Below are positions 1 through 11,395 of a stretch of 64,000 bases of DNA, one piece after another. The stretch's first letter is position 1. The number at the start of each line of letters is the position of its first letter. The position numbers and the translations under genes are program-made. Under the pieces are notes generated by a model that saw nothing but the letters and a program-made list of their open reading frames with translations, had not been told where the DNA came from and did no database searches. The stretch is from NCBI RefSeq assembly GCF_024223415.1, contig NZ_CP100500.1. One strand, 5' to 3'. Source of the stretch: Escherichia coli (GTDB lineage: Bacteria; Pseudomonadota; Gammaproteobacteria; Enterobacterales; Enterobacteriaceae).

Positions 1-158
1 GAGAATAGCATAGCGAAGCGCATTATAGAGCCGTTTGTGCAGAAGTTTATCCTGCTCCTGACCCATTCTGAACAGCAGCAGATCGCCTATGAATGCCCTC
101 AACTGGATCCCTCAGATAATCAAAATTGGTACTCGATTATAGTGCCATCGCCTGCCTA
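1..158 (+). CDS. 3' end of an upstream gene running off the window (about 52 codons, stop at 156-158); product unknown
   Basis: Open frame from position 1 (ENSIAKRIIEPFVQKF...IVPSPA*); no start in window, not in the ORF track. Confidence 0.25.
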
Positions 159-220
159 AATAAACAACACAGCGTCTCATTTGTTGCAGTTAAGTGACAT
201 ATTTAACAGGAGAGTCGGGA

Positions 221-1486
221 ATGAAAAATTCTGAACTGAATCATCGTCGCCAGCAGGCGACTCCCCGTGGTGTGGGGGTAATGTGTGACTACTTTGTCGG
301 GAAAGCGGAGAACGCCACGCTGTGGGATGTGGAAGGCAATGAAGTTATCGACTTTGCCGCCGGTATTGCCGTACTGAACACCGGCCATCGGCATCCAAAA
401 ATTGTGGCGGCGGTAGAGCAGCAGTTGCAGTCGTTTACCCATACCGCTTATCAGATTGTCCCTTATGAGAGTTACGTTTCGCTTGCAGAACGTATTAATG
501 CTGTCGCCCCTGTCGATGGACCTGCCAAAACGGCATTTTTTACCACCGGTGCCGAAGCAGTTGAAAATGCGGTGAAAATTGCGCGCGCATACACCGGTCG
601 TCCGGGGATTATTACTTTTGGCGGTGGGTTCCATGGTCGTACATTCATGACCATGGCACTCACGGGCAAAGTCGCTCCCTACAAAACAGGGTTTGGCCCG
701 TTCCCGGGCTCAGTTTACCACGCCGTCTATCCTAATGATGCCCATGGCATTTCCGTTGATGATGCTCTCAGGAGTCTTGATCGTATCTTTAAAGCAGATA
801 TTCCTGCTGATCAGGTCGCCGCGATTGTACTGGAGCCCGTTCAGGGAGAAGGCGGGTTCAATGTCGCTCCGGCCGCTTTTATGCAGGCATTGCGTGAGTT
901 GTGCGATACACACGGGATCCTGCTGGTTGCCGACGAAGTACAGACCGGTTTTGCCCGTACTGGCAGGCTATTTGCGATGCAGCACTACGCTGTGAAAGCC
1001 GATCTGATAACAATGGCGAAAAGTCTGGCTGGCGGCTTCCCGTTATCGGGGGTTGTGGGGCGTGCCGAAGTCATGGATGCCCCGGCTCCGGGAGGACTGG
1101 GAGGTACTTATGCCGGTAATCCGCTGGCAGTAGCTGCTGCGCATGCGGTGCTGGATATCATTGAAGAAGAACAGCTCTGCCAGCGTGCCGATCAACTTGG
1201 CGAACATCTGAAAGAGGTGCTCAGTCAGGCCCGGGCAGGATGTCCGGCAATTGCGGATGTGCGTGGACTGGGTTCAATGGTGGCAGTGGAGTTTAACAAT
1301 CCGCAAAGCGGTGAGCCGTCGGCGGAATATGCACGACAGGTACAGCACAAAGCCCGGGAAAACGGCCTGCTGCTGTTGAACTGTGGTATCTACGGTAACG
1401 TTATCCGTTTTCTCTACCCTTTAACAATCCCGGATGCTCAGTTCAGCAAAGCGCTGAATATTCTGACCCGAATTCTGCGTACCTGA
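221..1486 (+). CDS. Class-III PLP aminotransferase, 4-aminobutyrate aminotransferase family (GabT/PuuE-like)
   Basis: Full-length similarity by eye to E. coli GabT/PuuE (…GIAVLNTGHRHP…, …TGFARTG…); start moved to ATG 221, which follows AGGAGA. Confidence 0.85.
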   Translation: MKNSELNHRRQQATPRGVGVMCDYFVGKAENATLWDVEGNEVIDFAAGIAVLNTGHRHPKIVAAVEQQLQSFTHTAYQIVPYESYVSLAERINAVAPVDGPAKTAFFTTGAEAVENAVKIARAYTGRPGIITFGGGFHGRTFMTMALTGKVAPYKTGFGPFPGSVYHAVYPNDAHGISVDDALRSLDRIFKADIPADQVAAIVLEPVQGEGGFNVAPAAFMQALRELCDTHGILLVADEVQTGFARTGRLFAMQHYAVKADLITMAKSLAGGFPLSGVVGRAEVMDAPAPGGLGGTYAGNPLAVAAAHAVLDIIEEEQLCQRADQLGEHLKEVLSQARAGCPAIADVRGLGSMVAVEFNNPQSGEPSAEYARQVQHKARENGLLLLNCGIYGNVIRFLYPLTIPDAQFSKALNILTRILRT

Positions 1487-1620
1487 TATGCACGGAAAAT
1501 TGCCACAACGGCAGGGAAGCCTTTCTTTCCCACGTGTCGTTTGTGCCAGGCGTGAGTGATTTATTCCTGATATCACCTTTTTCCGGCGGCAATAGTCGCC
1601 GGTGTAATACGGAATCTGTT

Positions 1621-2865
1621 ATGTCTGAAAATGCCACCTTTTCCCCTGAACAGTCATGCCGCAAACATACCGCTGCGCCGGCGAAATCCCTGAGTTTCGT
1701 TGAAGGTGTGTCGATGATTGTCGGCACGAACATTGGCGCAGGTGTACTGTCTGTGGCCTACGCCTCCGGTAAAGCCGGTTTTCTGCCGCTGTTATTCTGG
1801 CTCGTGCTGGTCGGGAGCCTGACCACCATAACCATGCTGTATGTGGCTGAATCGACTTTACGTACCCGTAAACATTTGCAGTTAAGCGGATTGTCACATC
1901 GTTATGTCGGACGCTGTGGCGCGCTGATAATGTTCCTTTCCGTCTGTGTGAACAGCGTTGGCGCTCTGATTGCATATATGAGCGGAAGCGGTAAGCTGCT
2001 GCACTCACTGCTGGGCATTTCTCCAGCTCTGGGTAGCATGTTATTTTTCATTCCCGCCGCAGGAGTGCTTTATCTCGGCCTGAAAGCGATAGGTCGCGGG
2101 GAAAAATTTATAAGTATCGGTATGGTGGTGATGCTCACTATCCTTATCGTCGCCACAATGCTGAAAGACACAACACAAATGCGTTACCTGCTGGATGGCA
2201 ACTGGCTGTATATGGTGCCGGTCTTTAACGTTGTGGCATTTTGTTTCTCGGCACAATATATTGTTCCGGAAATGGCGCGCGGTTTTTCTGATAAACCAGA
2301 AAAATTGCCGAAGGCAATTATGGTCGGGATGGGAATTACCTTCATTCTGCTGGCTCTGGTGCCTATGTCTGTCATAGCACTCAACGGGCTGGACAATATT
2401 TCTGATGTGGCGACCATTTCCTGGGGACGTGCGCTGGGTGAGTGGGCCTTTTTCTCTGCGAATCTGTTTGCTCTTTGCGCGATGCTGACTTCTTACTGGG
2501 GACTTGGTGGCAGTTTTCTGACCAATATCGTTGACCAGTTCAGTCCGGGCGATGACAGCCAGCCTCTAAGACGCTTTCTGTTACTGCTGATCGTTGTCAT
2601 ACCACCGTTTATTCTTGCTTATAGCGGCATGGTATCGTTTGTAAATGCGCTTTATTTTGCGGGGGTCTTCAGTGGCGTGGTCCTGTCTGTTATGCCCATT
2701 CTGATACTGAAAGGGGCGCGCCAGCACGGTGACCTGACACCTGGCTGGACGTGTCCTGCACTCATTATTCATCCGCTACTCCAGAGCTTTATTGTGTTGT
2801 TATATCTCTGTAGCGCTGCGTATGCAATTGCTTCTGCGCTGGGCCATCTCCCGGCAGGCTGGTAA
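1621..2865 (+). CDS. Amino acid permease, hydroxy/aromatic amino acid permease family (TyrP/Mtr/TnaB-like)
   Basis: Polytopic hydrophobic protein with the TyrP-like N-terminal motif (IVGTNIGAGVL); start chosen at internal ATG 1621. Confidence 0.7.
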   Translation: MSENATFSPEQSCRKHTAAPAKSLSFVEGVSMIVGTNIGAGVLSVAYASGKAGFLPLLFWLVLVGSLTTITMLYVAESTLRTRKHLQLSGLSHRYVGRCGALIMFLSVCVNSVGALIAYMSGSGKLLHSLLGISPALGSMLFFIPAAGVLYLGLKAIGRGEKFISIGMVVMLTILIVATMLKDTTQMRYLLDGNWLYMVPVFNVVAFCFSAQYIVPEMARGFSDKPEKLPKAIMVGMGITFILLALVPMSVIALNGLDNISDVATISWGRALGEWAFFSANLFALCAMLTSYWGLGGSFLTNIVDQFSPGDDSQPLRRFLLLLIVVIPPFILAYSGMVSFVNALYFAGVFSGVVLSVMPILILKGARQHGDLTPGWTCPALIIHPLLQSFIVLLYLCSAAYAIASALGHLPAGW

Positions 2866-3424
2866 ACATAAAGGAAAAGTATTATCGACCTCCTGTATAT
2901 TAAAATTGAGTTAGCATAGTGACGAACAGATTTGGCAGGGCATATGTAGCCTGCTCCCCTCCGGGGTTTAAAGCTCTTTTTGTAAGCAACGGGCGCATGT
3001 GCTGACCCACTCATTTGACATCATGACGGTTTATCTGTACGTCACCATAACGCATTTTATAAGAATGTTTTTTGTCCCATAACAGGTGTCCACTGGTTAA
3101 AAAGGTGGGCACCTGTCGTTACCAGTACTGGCTTAATTGCTACATACGGCTGTCGGTTTACGCTTACTTTCAACTTGTGGGTAAGGGGATGGAGTGCGAA
3201 TAAATGATCGAGCTTCGTGCGAATCACTGATCGAATACATCGGAATGCGCACTCTGAAGCAAACTTAAAACATCTCTGCACCATTCCATGCACGCATAAA
3301 AGTCATTCCGGCATTTCATTTTACATAACATAAACAGAACAATAATAATTACAACAACATTCACACCAGCATTACAGAACACACTCTGTCTGTTGTTATC
3401 ACCAGAAATATCAGGAGTATTTAA

Positions 3425-4591
3425 ATGATTATTTCCTCACCTGCAGATTACAGGGACGCCGCAAAACACAGACTGCCACGCTTTCTTTTTGATTACATAG
3501 ACGGCGGGGCTGTTACTGAAAAAACCATGCATGAAAATATGACCTCTTTATCTTCGGTCAGCCTCCGGCAGCAGGTGCTTTGTGGCGCCGGAGCCCCCGA
3601 ACTGAACACCACCATCCTTGATTCAGAATGGGCCATGCCTGTTGCTCTGGGCCCCGTCGGTGCCACTGGCATGTACGCCCGTCGTGGAGAGGTGCAGGCA
3701 GCCAGAGCGGCCTCAGCAATGAACATCCCTTATACTCTCTCAACCGTCTCCGTCTGCCCGATCGAAGAGGTCGCCGGACACGCTGACGGGCAACTGTGGT
3801 CCCAGTTATACGTCCTTCGGGATCGTGGTTATATGCAAAACGCACTTGAACGCGCCTGGACTGCAGGTATGAAAACCCTGGTATTTACCGTCGACATGCC
3901 TGTGCCGGGCTCCCGGTACAGGGATAACCATTCAGGGATGTCAGGTCCCCACGCCACACTGCGTCAGTATCTTCAGGCCGTTCTTCATCCCCGCTGGGCG
4001 CTGGATGTGGGAATTGCCGGTCGTCCTCTGTCATTTGGTAACATCGAAACGTACACCGGGCATAAAATGTCGATGGATGACTATATGGGCTTTATCAGCA
4101 AAAACTTTGATCCCTCTATTGCATGGAACGATCTCGAATGGATCCGTGATGGCTGGAAAGGTAAACTGATAATAAAAGGGATCCTTGTTCCGGAAGATGC
4201 AAAAAATGCTGTACGGCTTGGCGCGGATGGCATCATTGTCTCCAATCATGGCGGACGTCAGCTTGATGGTGCCATCCCCACGGCCAGGGCATTACCGGCG
4301 ATAGCAGATGCAGTGGGTGATGACATCACGGTACTGGCGGATTCAGGTATTCGTTCCGGTGTGGATGTGGTCCGGATGCTTGCTCTGGGGGCAAAAGGTG
4401 TGCTGCTGGGAAGAGCGTATATTTACGCACTTGCCGCTGCGGGAAAAAAAGGCGTTGAGCACCTGCTCAGACTTTATGCTGAAGATATGAAAGTCACCAT
4501 GACGCTGATCGGCGCTTCTTCTCCCGCTGATATCAGCAGCAGAAATCTTGAATATCTGGAAAAAGAATTCTCCCGACATTCATCATCCTGA
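3425..4591 (+). CDS. FMN-dependent alpha-hydroxy-acid dehydrogenase, L-lactate dehydrogenase (LldD) paralogue
   Basis: Collinear with E. coli LldD as recalled (…[12 protein letters not shown]…, …[11 protein letters not shown]…). Confidence 0.85.
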   Translation: MIISSPADYRDAAKHRLPRFLFDYIDGGAVTEKTMHENMTSLSSVSLRQQVLCGAGAPELNTTILDSEWAMPVALGPVGATGMYARRGEVQAARAASAMNIPYTLSTVSVCPIEEVAGHADGQLWSQLYVLRDRGYMQNALERAWTAGMKTLVFTVDMPVPGSRYRDNHSGMSGPHATLRQYLQAVLHPRWALDVGIAGRPLSFGNIETYTGHKMSMDDYMGFISKNFDPSIAWNDLEWIRDGWKGKLIIKGILVPEDAKNAVRLGADGIIVSNHGGRQLDGAIPTARALPAIADAVGDDITVLADSGIRSGVDVVRMLALGAKGVLLGRAYIYALAAAGKKGVEHLLRLYAEDMKVTMTLIGASSPADISSRNLEYLEKEFSRHSSS

Positions 4592-4667
4592 CCAAAGTAA
4601 ACCAGGCACATATCCTCCATGCTCCCGGGACAACAGAGCGCAGTTCGGGCACTACAGCCTTACTGGT

Positions 4668-4958
4668 TTACCAGTATGGTCTGCATTCAGAAGGGACCGA
4701 CAACAACTCAGCCAGCTCCGCCACAAGGCGGTTGGTTTCCAGTAATTTCCGCAGTCTCACCGAAAAATAGCCTTGTGCCACATCGTGATTTTCACAGGCT
4801 TCCCTGCGCGTCAGCCCCAGAACAAAATAATCCCTCAGCGCCAGGATAACCTTTTTACTGTTAACGGGAGAAAGCGCTGCAAGTATTTCAAAATGTGCAT
4901 CTGACATGCTTCCGGGCGTGTCATATATCCCGGCAACACGACTGTGATATATCCCCAC
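4668..4958 (-). CDS. PapB/FocB-family small transcriptional regulator (fimbrial-switch type)
   Basis: PGSMSDAHFEILAAL…VILALRDYFVLGLTRREACENHDVAQGYFSVRLRKL matches the PapB core; long AT-rich region upstream. Confidence 0.6.
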   Translation of the reverse strand: MGIYHSRVAGIYDTPGSMSDAHFEILAALSPVNSKKVILALRDYFVLGLTRREACENHDVAQGYFSVRLRKLLETNRLVAELAELLSVPSECRPYW

Positions 4959-5839
4959 GGATACCCCCTGATTACCGCCTGCCCTTATTCCCCGGGAGAC
5001 TGAGAACAGGCTGAGATATAAGTATATTTATATAATATTATATTTCGGATTATTCGCAGAATACTGAAAAAACCGGTCGGGTCAACCGCAGGAAAACAGA
5101 AAGAGCCTGTAATAACGCATAGAAACGATATTTAAAACCAGAACAACCATCAAAAACAGAACATAAAGTCACAAAAACCGTCAAAAACGACCAGGTACTG
5201 CATTTTTAACACCTTTTTTAAATTTTGGTATCTTTACAAAAAACACCACCTGAAAATCATTTATTTAATTAAATAAAGTAAATTGCTTAGCCTGATAAAT
5301 ATTGTTCTGCAACACTCCGGTTCAGGCAGAATGTATTTTCATGGCTTACCCATTCAGGCGTAAATGCGATATTCCGCACATGACAGAGACCACACAAAGA
5401 AAAACAGGCGCAGACAGCCGGATACAGGATAAATTAACACTTCACAATCCGGCATTATTACGCTACAACATTCACGGGCAACTGCCCTTGTAACGAAAAC
5501 TTCCTTAATTTGGGTATTTGTGTGCCGTACGTCTGTGGTGTACGGCTTTTTTTCATTTTTTTATAATTTCTATAAATAAAGATATAATCAATACGTATAT
5601 ACCGTCGTATAAGATCCTTCTTCACCTTTCATTAAAAAGATCCGGAACAAAACAGACGATGAGATTGTGGTACTACCAGATTTACACCCTTACTCCGGAT
5701 AATTCACAAATCCTGAAATTACGACCTTCCTCCCGTTGCCGGACTGAAACAATATGCAGACACTCTGACGGACATGTCAGCAATGCACTCGCTCTCTGCT
5801 GTACAGGTATTACACCATACTTCACCAGGAGGTCTGTTC

Positions 5840-7483
5840 ATGGATATCTGGTCACAGGACTATGATCCCGTCGGAAATATCTGGCTGTCCAGCCTGACAG
5901 CATCGCTTCCCATTCTGTTTTTTTTCTTTGCCCTGATTAAGCTGAAGCTTAAAGGCCATGTTGCTGCCACATGGACTGTCATTATCGCGCTCATCGTGGC
6001 CCTTCTTTTTTATAAGATGCCTCTCACAGCCGCACTCGCTTCCGTGCTCTATGGTTTCTTCTATGGCCTGTGGCCCATTGCCTGGATAATTATTGCCGCA
6101 GTTTTTGTTTATAAAATTTCTGTAAAAACCGGACAGTTCGATATCATTCGCGCTTCAGTGCTGTCCGTTACGCCTGATCAGCGTATTCAGATGCTGATTG
6201 TGGGGTTTGCCTTTGGTGCCTTTCTCGAAGGGGCCGCCGGTTTTGGAGCACCTGTGGCCATAACAGCAGCACTGCTCGTGGTGCTTGGGTTCAGACCACT
6301 TTACGCGGCCGGGTTGTGTCTGATCGTCAATACAGCTCCCGTGGCCTTTGGTGCGATGGGGATCCCCATTCTCGTCGCAGGCCAGGTTACCGGGCTGGAC
6401 AGCTTTGAAATCGGTCAGATGGTTGGTCGTCAGTTACCCTTCCTGACCATTATTGTGTTGTTCTGGATCATGGCAATTATGGATGGCCTGCGTGGCATTA
6501 AGGAAACCTGGCCCGCCGTTCTGGTTGCCGGAGGTTCCTTCGCCATAGCCCAGTTTCTCAGTTCCAACTTTCTGGGCCCGGAGCTCCCGGACATCATATC
6601 ATCACTGGTGTCGCTGGTTTGTCTGACGCTTTTCCTGAAACGCTGGCAGCCTGTACATATTTTTCGCTTTGACAACACCCCGTACCAGAATACGGACTCA
6701 TCACCACTGAGCCGTTCACAGGTGATACGGGCATGGTCGCCATTTCTGTTTCTGACTGCCACGGTGACACTCTGGAGTCTTCCTCCCTTTAAAACACTGT
6801 TCGCACCGGGCGGTACACTGCATGACCTGGTGATTACTGTTCCTGTGCCGTATCTTGATAAACTCATTGCACGTATGCCTCCGGTAGTCAGCGAAGCCAC
6901 TGCTTATGCCGCGGTGTTTAAGTTTGACTGGTTCTCTGCCACCGGTACCGCCATCCTGTTTGCAGCATTGCTCTCTGTGATCTGGCTGAAGATGAAACCG
7001 TCAGATGCTGTCAGCACCTTTGGCAGTACACTGAAAGAACTTGCCCTGCCCGTCTATTCCATCGGCATGGTGCTGGCTTTCGCCTTTATCTCTAATTATT
7101 CGGGGCTTTCATCCACACTTGCCCTGGCTCTGGCACAGACAGGCAGCGCCTTTACGTTCTTCTCACCGTTTCTGGGCTGGCTGGGCGTATTTCTGACGGG
7201 ATCAGATACCTCATCCAATGCATTATTTGCATCACTCCAGGCAACGGCAGCTCATCAGATCGGGGTCTCCGATATTCTGATGGTTGCCGCCAACACCACA
7301 GGGGGAGTAACCGGCAAAATGATTTCTCCACAGTCCATTGCCATCGCCTGCGCAGCAACCGGACTTGTTGGCAAAGAATCAGAACTCTTTCGTTTTACTG
7401 TTAAACACAGCCTGATCTTCACCTGTATTGTGGGAGTCATCACCTCTCTCCAGGCATGGGTATTCACCTGGATGATCCCATGA
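5840..7483 (+). CDS. L-lactate permease (LctP family), LldP paralogue
   Basis: Near-collinear with E. coli LldP from [10 protein letters not shown]; start at ATG 5840. Confidence 0.85.
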   Translation: MDIWSQDYDPVGNIWLSSLTASLPILFFFFALIKLKLKGHVAATWTVIIALIVALLFYKMPLTAALASVLYGFFYGLWPIAWIIIAAVFVYKISVKTGQFDIIRASVLSVTPDQRIQMLIVGFAFGAFLEGAAGFGAPVAITAALLVVLGFRPLYAAGLCLIVNTAPVAFGAMGIPILVAGQVTGLDSFEIGQMVGRQLPFLTIIVLFWIMAIMDGLRGIKETWPAVLVAGGSFAIAQFLSSNFLGPELPDIISSLVSLVCLTLFLKRWQPVHIFRFDNTPYQNTDSSPLSRSQVIRAWSPFLFLTATVTLWSLPPFKTLFAPGGTLHDLVITVPVPYLDKLIARMPPVVSEATAYAAVFKFDWFSATGTAILFAALLSVIWLKMKPSDAVSTFGSTLKELALPVYSIGMVLAFAFISNYSGLSSTLALALAQTGSAFTFFSPFLGWLGVFLTGSDTSSNALFASLQATAAHQIGVSDILMVAANTTGGVTGKMISPQSIAIACAATGLVGKESELFRFTVKHSLIFTCIVGVITSLQAWVFTWMIP

Positions 7484-7658
7484 AATATTTGTTGTGCCGG
7501 ATCTTTTCCGGCATGATGATGTGTGTTACAGCCTCTGGCTTATAACACTCTGCAGTAGTGCTGGCTGACGTGACTGCCGGATATTCTGGTTTTCTTAAGT
7601 CACGGATATACTGACGACAGGGTTTCACATTCAATATTCAACTGACAGGTATGTTTAT

Positions 7659-8951
7659 ATGGCACACCGCTACCTGACACGACAGGATCACAGGACCTTA
7701 TCTCTGGCTGCGCTCGGAGGCGCACTTGAATTCTATGACTTCATCATTTTTGTTTTTTTCGCCGCCGTCATTGCTGAGCTCTTTTTCCCGCCGGATATAC
7801 CGGAATGGCTCCGTCAGCTCCAGGCATTTGGTATATTTGCTGCCGGGTACCTGGCACGACCTCTCGGCGGAATAATTCTGGCCCATTTTGGCGATATACT
7901 TGGGCGAAAGAAAATGTTCACCCTGAGTATTTTGCTTATGGCAGTACCGACACTTGTTATCGGTATTTTGCCAACCTACAGCTCTGTGGGTACCCTGGCT
8001 CCTGTGCTGCTTCTTCTGATGCGTCTGCTTCAGGGCGCAGCGATTGGCGGTGAAGTGCCCGGTGCCTGGGTTTTTGTTGCTGAGCATGTACCGGAGCGCC
8101 GAACCGGTATTGCATGCGGAACACTGACAGCAGGTTTAACCGCCGGGATCCTGCTTGGTTCAGTGGTTGCCACACTTGTCAATTCAGTATTGTCTCAGGA
8201 TATTGTTTACGATTACGGCTGGCGATTCCCCTTCCTTCTTGGTGGTGTTTTTGGCCTGGCAGCAATGTACCTGCGCCGCTGGCTGGAGGAAACTCCGGTA
8301 TTTCTGGAAATGAAAGCCAGAAAAAAACTGGCTCAGGAATTACCGGTAAAAGCTGTCGTTTTAAGACATAAAAAAGCTGTTGTGATTTCCATGCTGTTGA
8401 CATGGCTGATATCCGCAGGGATTATTGTGGTGATACTGATGGCACCGGTCTGGTTACAGAAACAGTATGACTTTTCGCCGACAGTCACCTTACAGGCTAA
8501 CAGCATTGCAACTATTATGCTGAGTCTGGGATGCCTGCTGGCCGGTATGGCCATTGATTCTTTTGGTGCCGGAAAAACCTTTATATCAGGCAGTATTCTG
8601 CTTGGATGTTCAGGATGGCTGTTCTATCACACTGTCGGTGAGTATCCTGAAATGTTGTTCTGGCTGTATGGGCTAGCGGGATTCAGTGTGGGCATTGTCG
8701 GGGCCGTCCCTTATGTTCTCGTGCGTATTTTCCCCGCAGAGGTCAGGTTTACCGGCATTTCATTCTCTTACAATGTCGCTTATGCAGTGGTGGGGGGACT
8801 GACTCCTGTTGTGGTCACGATGTTAACGGAAATCTCCCCGATGGCTCCAGCATGGTATGTTATGCTGTTATCACTTGTGGGATCAGGACTGGGAATATGG
8901 TTCTGCAGGGATCCCCGTCTTTTTATCTGTCACGCAGACAAAGACAAATAA
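7659..8951 (+). CDS. MFS transporter, metabolite:H+ symporter family
   Basis: 12-TM-like hydrophobic profile with MFS motifs (GDILGRKK). Confidence 0.8.
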   Translation: MAHRYLTRQDHRTLSLAALGGALEFYDFIIFVFFAAVIAELFFPPDIPEWLRQLQAFGIFAAGYLARPLGGIILAHFGDILGRKKMFTLSILLMAVPTLVIGILPTYSSVGTLAPVLLLLMRLLQGAAIGGEVPGAWVFVAEHVPERRTGIACGTLTAGLTAGILLGSVVATLVNSVLSQDIVYDYGWRFPFLLGGVFGLAAMYLRRWLEETPVFLEMKARKKLAQELPVKAVVLRHKKAVVISMLLTWLISAGIIVVILMAPVWLQKQYDFSPTVTLQANSIATIMLSLGCLLAGMAIDSFGAGKTFISGSILLGCSGWLFYHTVGEYPEMLFWLYGLAGFSVGIVGAVPYVLVRIFPAEVRFTGISFSYNVAYAVVGGLTPVVVTMLTEISPMAPAWYVMLLSLVGSGLGIWFCRDPRLFICHADKDK

Positions 8952-8992
8952 TGTTTCACCGTTATATAACGGTATCATTCAGTTTTTAAAAA

Positions 8993-9016
8993 TGGCGACA
9001 GGTTAACCTGTCGCCA
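8993..9016. terminator. GC-rich hairpin (TGGCGACAGG-TTAA-CCTGTCGCCA) after the MFS gene
   Basis: Perfect 10-bp inverted repeat; T-run lies on the minus-strand side. Confidence 0.4.
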
Positions 9017-9585
9017 TCCGGTCAGATGCTCACCAGACCGCGCCCCCCATCAGTCTCCATATCCTCCCCCTTGCCCTGCCGGATGATAGCGCCACGCGAC
9101 ATCACCAGGTAGTGGTCCGCCGTAATGTTCCGGTGAAATCGTCCTGACACGTTTCCGGGCTCGTTATCAGCGGTTTTTGCGAATGATCGCCGCCCTGCGA
9201 TGGTTGATTTATTTTATTGCGCCCCGGCGTCTGCCTTGCCAGGTACCGGAGGCGGGCTCTGAAGTACTGAGTAGGGTGAGCGCGTCAGGCCACGAAGTAC
9301 TGACACGGGAGTTTGTGGCAGGCAGTGAAGTCCTGACCAGGGTAAGGGAGGGGCTGACGTGCATGCCCTGACTGTCAGCCAGGGCGCGTGGTGACTGACT
9401 TTCTCAATAACCCGCTGTCAGGCGCTCAACGCCCGACAGCAGGCCATGGCCCGGTGTGCAAAGACCTGACGGCAGGCCTTGTGTCACCCGGATAAGGTAA
9501 ATCCCTCAAGAGGCAGCAACTCAGCCAGTCGGTCCTCAGGCCACTCCGGCAGGCGCGTCAGTACGTCCGTCAGCCAGGCATGTTG

Positions 9586-11300
9586 CAAAATCGCATCGTG
9601 TTCGATCGCCGATTCGCATCGTACTCGATCGCTGATTCGCATTGTCCGATCATTGATTCGCATCCTGCAGTCACTCCTGGAATTAACTTTTCTGCATAGT
9701 CTCTACTGCTGAATTTTCTTCTCAGTAGAGGTCTTGATGGCTAAAAAGAAAATCTCCCGGAGTTCTATGGAAACCTGTTTAAAAATTCTCCAACTTAAGT
9801 TCGAGCAGCATCAGACAAACCGGACTATCGCACTTACACTGAACATCAGTCCCTCGACTGTTTCCGATGTATTGTCCCGCTTTAAGAACACGTCAATATC
9901 GTGGCCTTTGCCTGAATCGATGACAACTCAACGTCTTGAGGTGCTTATCTTTCCTGGCAAGCAAGCCCCGGAAATGACGCCGGCACTGCCTGACTGGCTC
10001 TACATTGATACCGAACTACGTCGTGTGGGAGTCACTCGTCAGCTCTTATGGATGGAATACAAACATCAGGCTGGTGAATATGCTCTGGGATACTCACAGT
10101 TCTGTCGTCGTTATCTGCACTGGAAAAAAAGCGTGCGTTACTCCATGCGGCAGGAACATCGTGCTGGTGAAAAACTCTTTATCGACTTCTGTGGTCCTAC
10201 AGTCCCTGTTGTTAATCCGGAAACCGGAGAAGAACGCAGAGTGGCCATCTTTGTAGCCGTGATGGGAGCATCTAACTATACCTATGTTGAAGCGTGCGAA
10301 GGTCAGGATCTGATGTCGTGGCTAAACGCCAACAGCCGATGTCTGACCTTCCTTGGTGGTGTACCAAAACTGCTGATCCCGGATAACCTTAAAAGTGCTG
10401 TCAAAAAAGTCGATCGCTACGAACCGGTCATCAATGAGAGTTACCAAGCATTCGCAGAGCACTACAATACAGTGATACTCCCAGCAAGACCAAGAAAACC
10501 AAAGGATAAAGCGAAAGCCGAAACGGCTGTACTTATCGTCGAACGATGGCTGCTTGCCCGCATTCGCAACGAGACCTTCTTTACACTCAGGAGCCTGAAC
10601 AGTCGTCTACGCGAGTTGTTGGTAGAGCTGAATAACCGTCCCATGAAAGGATACGGCAACCAGACGCGTGCAGAGCGTTTTGCCCTGCTGGATGCCCCTG
10701 CATTATCAGCCCTGCCAGTATCAGAGTATGAGTTCGCTGAATACAAAACGGTGAAAGTTGCACCTGATTACCATGTTGAATACGCCCACCACTGGTACTC
10801 AGTACCTCATGAACTGATCGGACAACGGTTATCCCTGAAAGCCACTCAGACAGTGATCCAACTCTGGCATCAGGGGCAATGCGTGGCACAACATCCGCGC
10901 AGCCTCCATGAGTACAAGCACACGACCAACCCTCTACACATGCCTGCAGCACATCAGGCACACAGCAGATGGACACCGGAAAGTCTTCAGGAAGCAGCCA
11001 GAAAGATAGATCCTTATACAGCAATGACAGTGGATAGCATGCTGAACAGTAAACGTCATCCTGAACAGGCTTACCGGACAGTCCTGGGGCTGCTGAGCCT
11101 GAAAAAACACTATGGTCGTGAGCGTCTGGAAAAAGCCTGTCATGTTGCCCGGGAGTGCAGAACGTCGGAAAGAAGGTTCATCGAAAACCTTCTGCGTAAT
11201 AACAGGGAAAACCTTTCCCTCCGGAAAAAGAGAGGCAGACGGAGGGAAACGTATCAAAAATCCAGTTAATACGCGTGATGACTGCCTGCATCACGTTTTC
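9586..11300 (+). mobile_element. IS21-family element remnant (istA only; boundaries approximate)
   Basis: Tandem ~21-bp repeats at 9586-9670 upstream of istA; element truncated before istB. Confidence 0.45.
9734..11269 (+). CDS. istA: IS21-family transposase IstA (cognate istB absent)
   Basis: N-terminal HTH plus catalytic core typical of IstA; no IstB-like ORF follows. Confidence 0.8.
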   Translation: MMAKKKISRSSMETCLKILQLKFEQHQTNRTIALTLNISPSTVSDVLSRFKNTSISWPLPESMTTQRLEVLIFPGKQAPEMTPALPDWLYIDTELRRVGVTRQLLWMEYKHQAGEYALGYSQFCRRYLHWKKSVRYSMRQEHRAGEKLFIDFCGPTVPVVNPETGEERRVAIFVAVMGASNYTYVEACEGQDLMSWLNANSRCLTFLGGVPKLLIPDNLKSAVKKVDRYEPVINESYQAFAEHYNTVILPARPRKPKDKAKAETAVLIVERWLLARIRNETFFTLRSLNSRLRELLVELNNRPMKGYGNQTRAERFALLDAPALSALPVSEYEFAEYKTVKVAPDYHVEYAHHWYSVPHELIGQRLSLKATQTVIQLWHQGQCVAQHPRSLHEYKHTTNPLHMPAAHQAHSRWTPESLQEAARKIDPYTAMTVDSMLNSKRHPEQAYRTVLGLLSLKKHYGRERLEKACHVARECRTSERRFIENLLRNNRENLSLRKKRGRRRETYQKSS

Positions 11301-11395
11301 ACCCGTCATGATTTTCTTTTTCACGGCCTCTCCGTCATCTTCAGTTCACACCTTTGTATAAAAAACAGGGCGTGATACACATCACGCCCTGCGCT

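Noticed and set aside
3057-3293. 78-aa minus-strand ORF in the LldD-like upstream region
   Set aside because: Overlaps a dispersed repeat copy (3170-3260) and has no RBS or protein-like composition; treated as non-coding
5302-5865. Small plus-strand ORFs upstream of the lactate permease
   Set aside because: They sit in an AT-rich leader and overlap the better-supported permease start at 5840; no PapI-like or other recognisable product
6430-6900. 156-aa minus-strand ORF
   Set aside because: Embedded antisense in the lactate permease gene
9177-9712. Small plus-strand ORFs (64 and 77 aa) upstream of istA
   Set aside because: They overlap tandem repeat arrays and have repeat-derived low-complexity translations; more likely IS or junction repeats than genes
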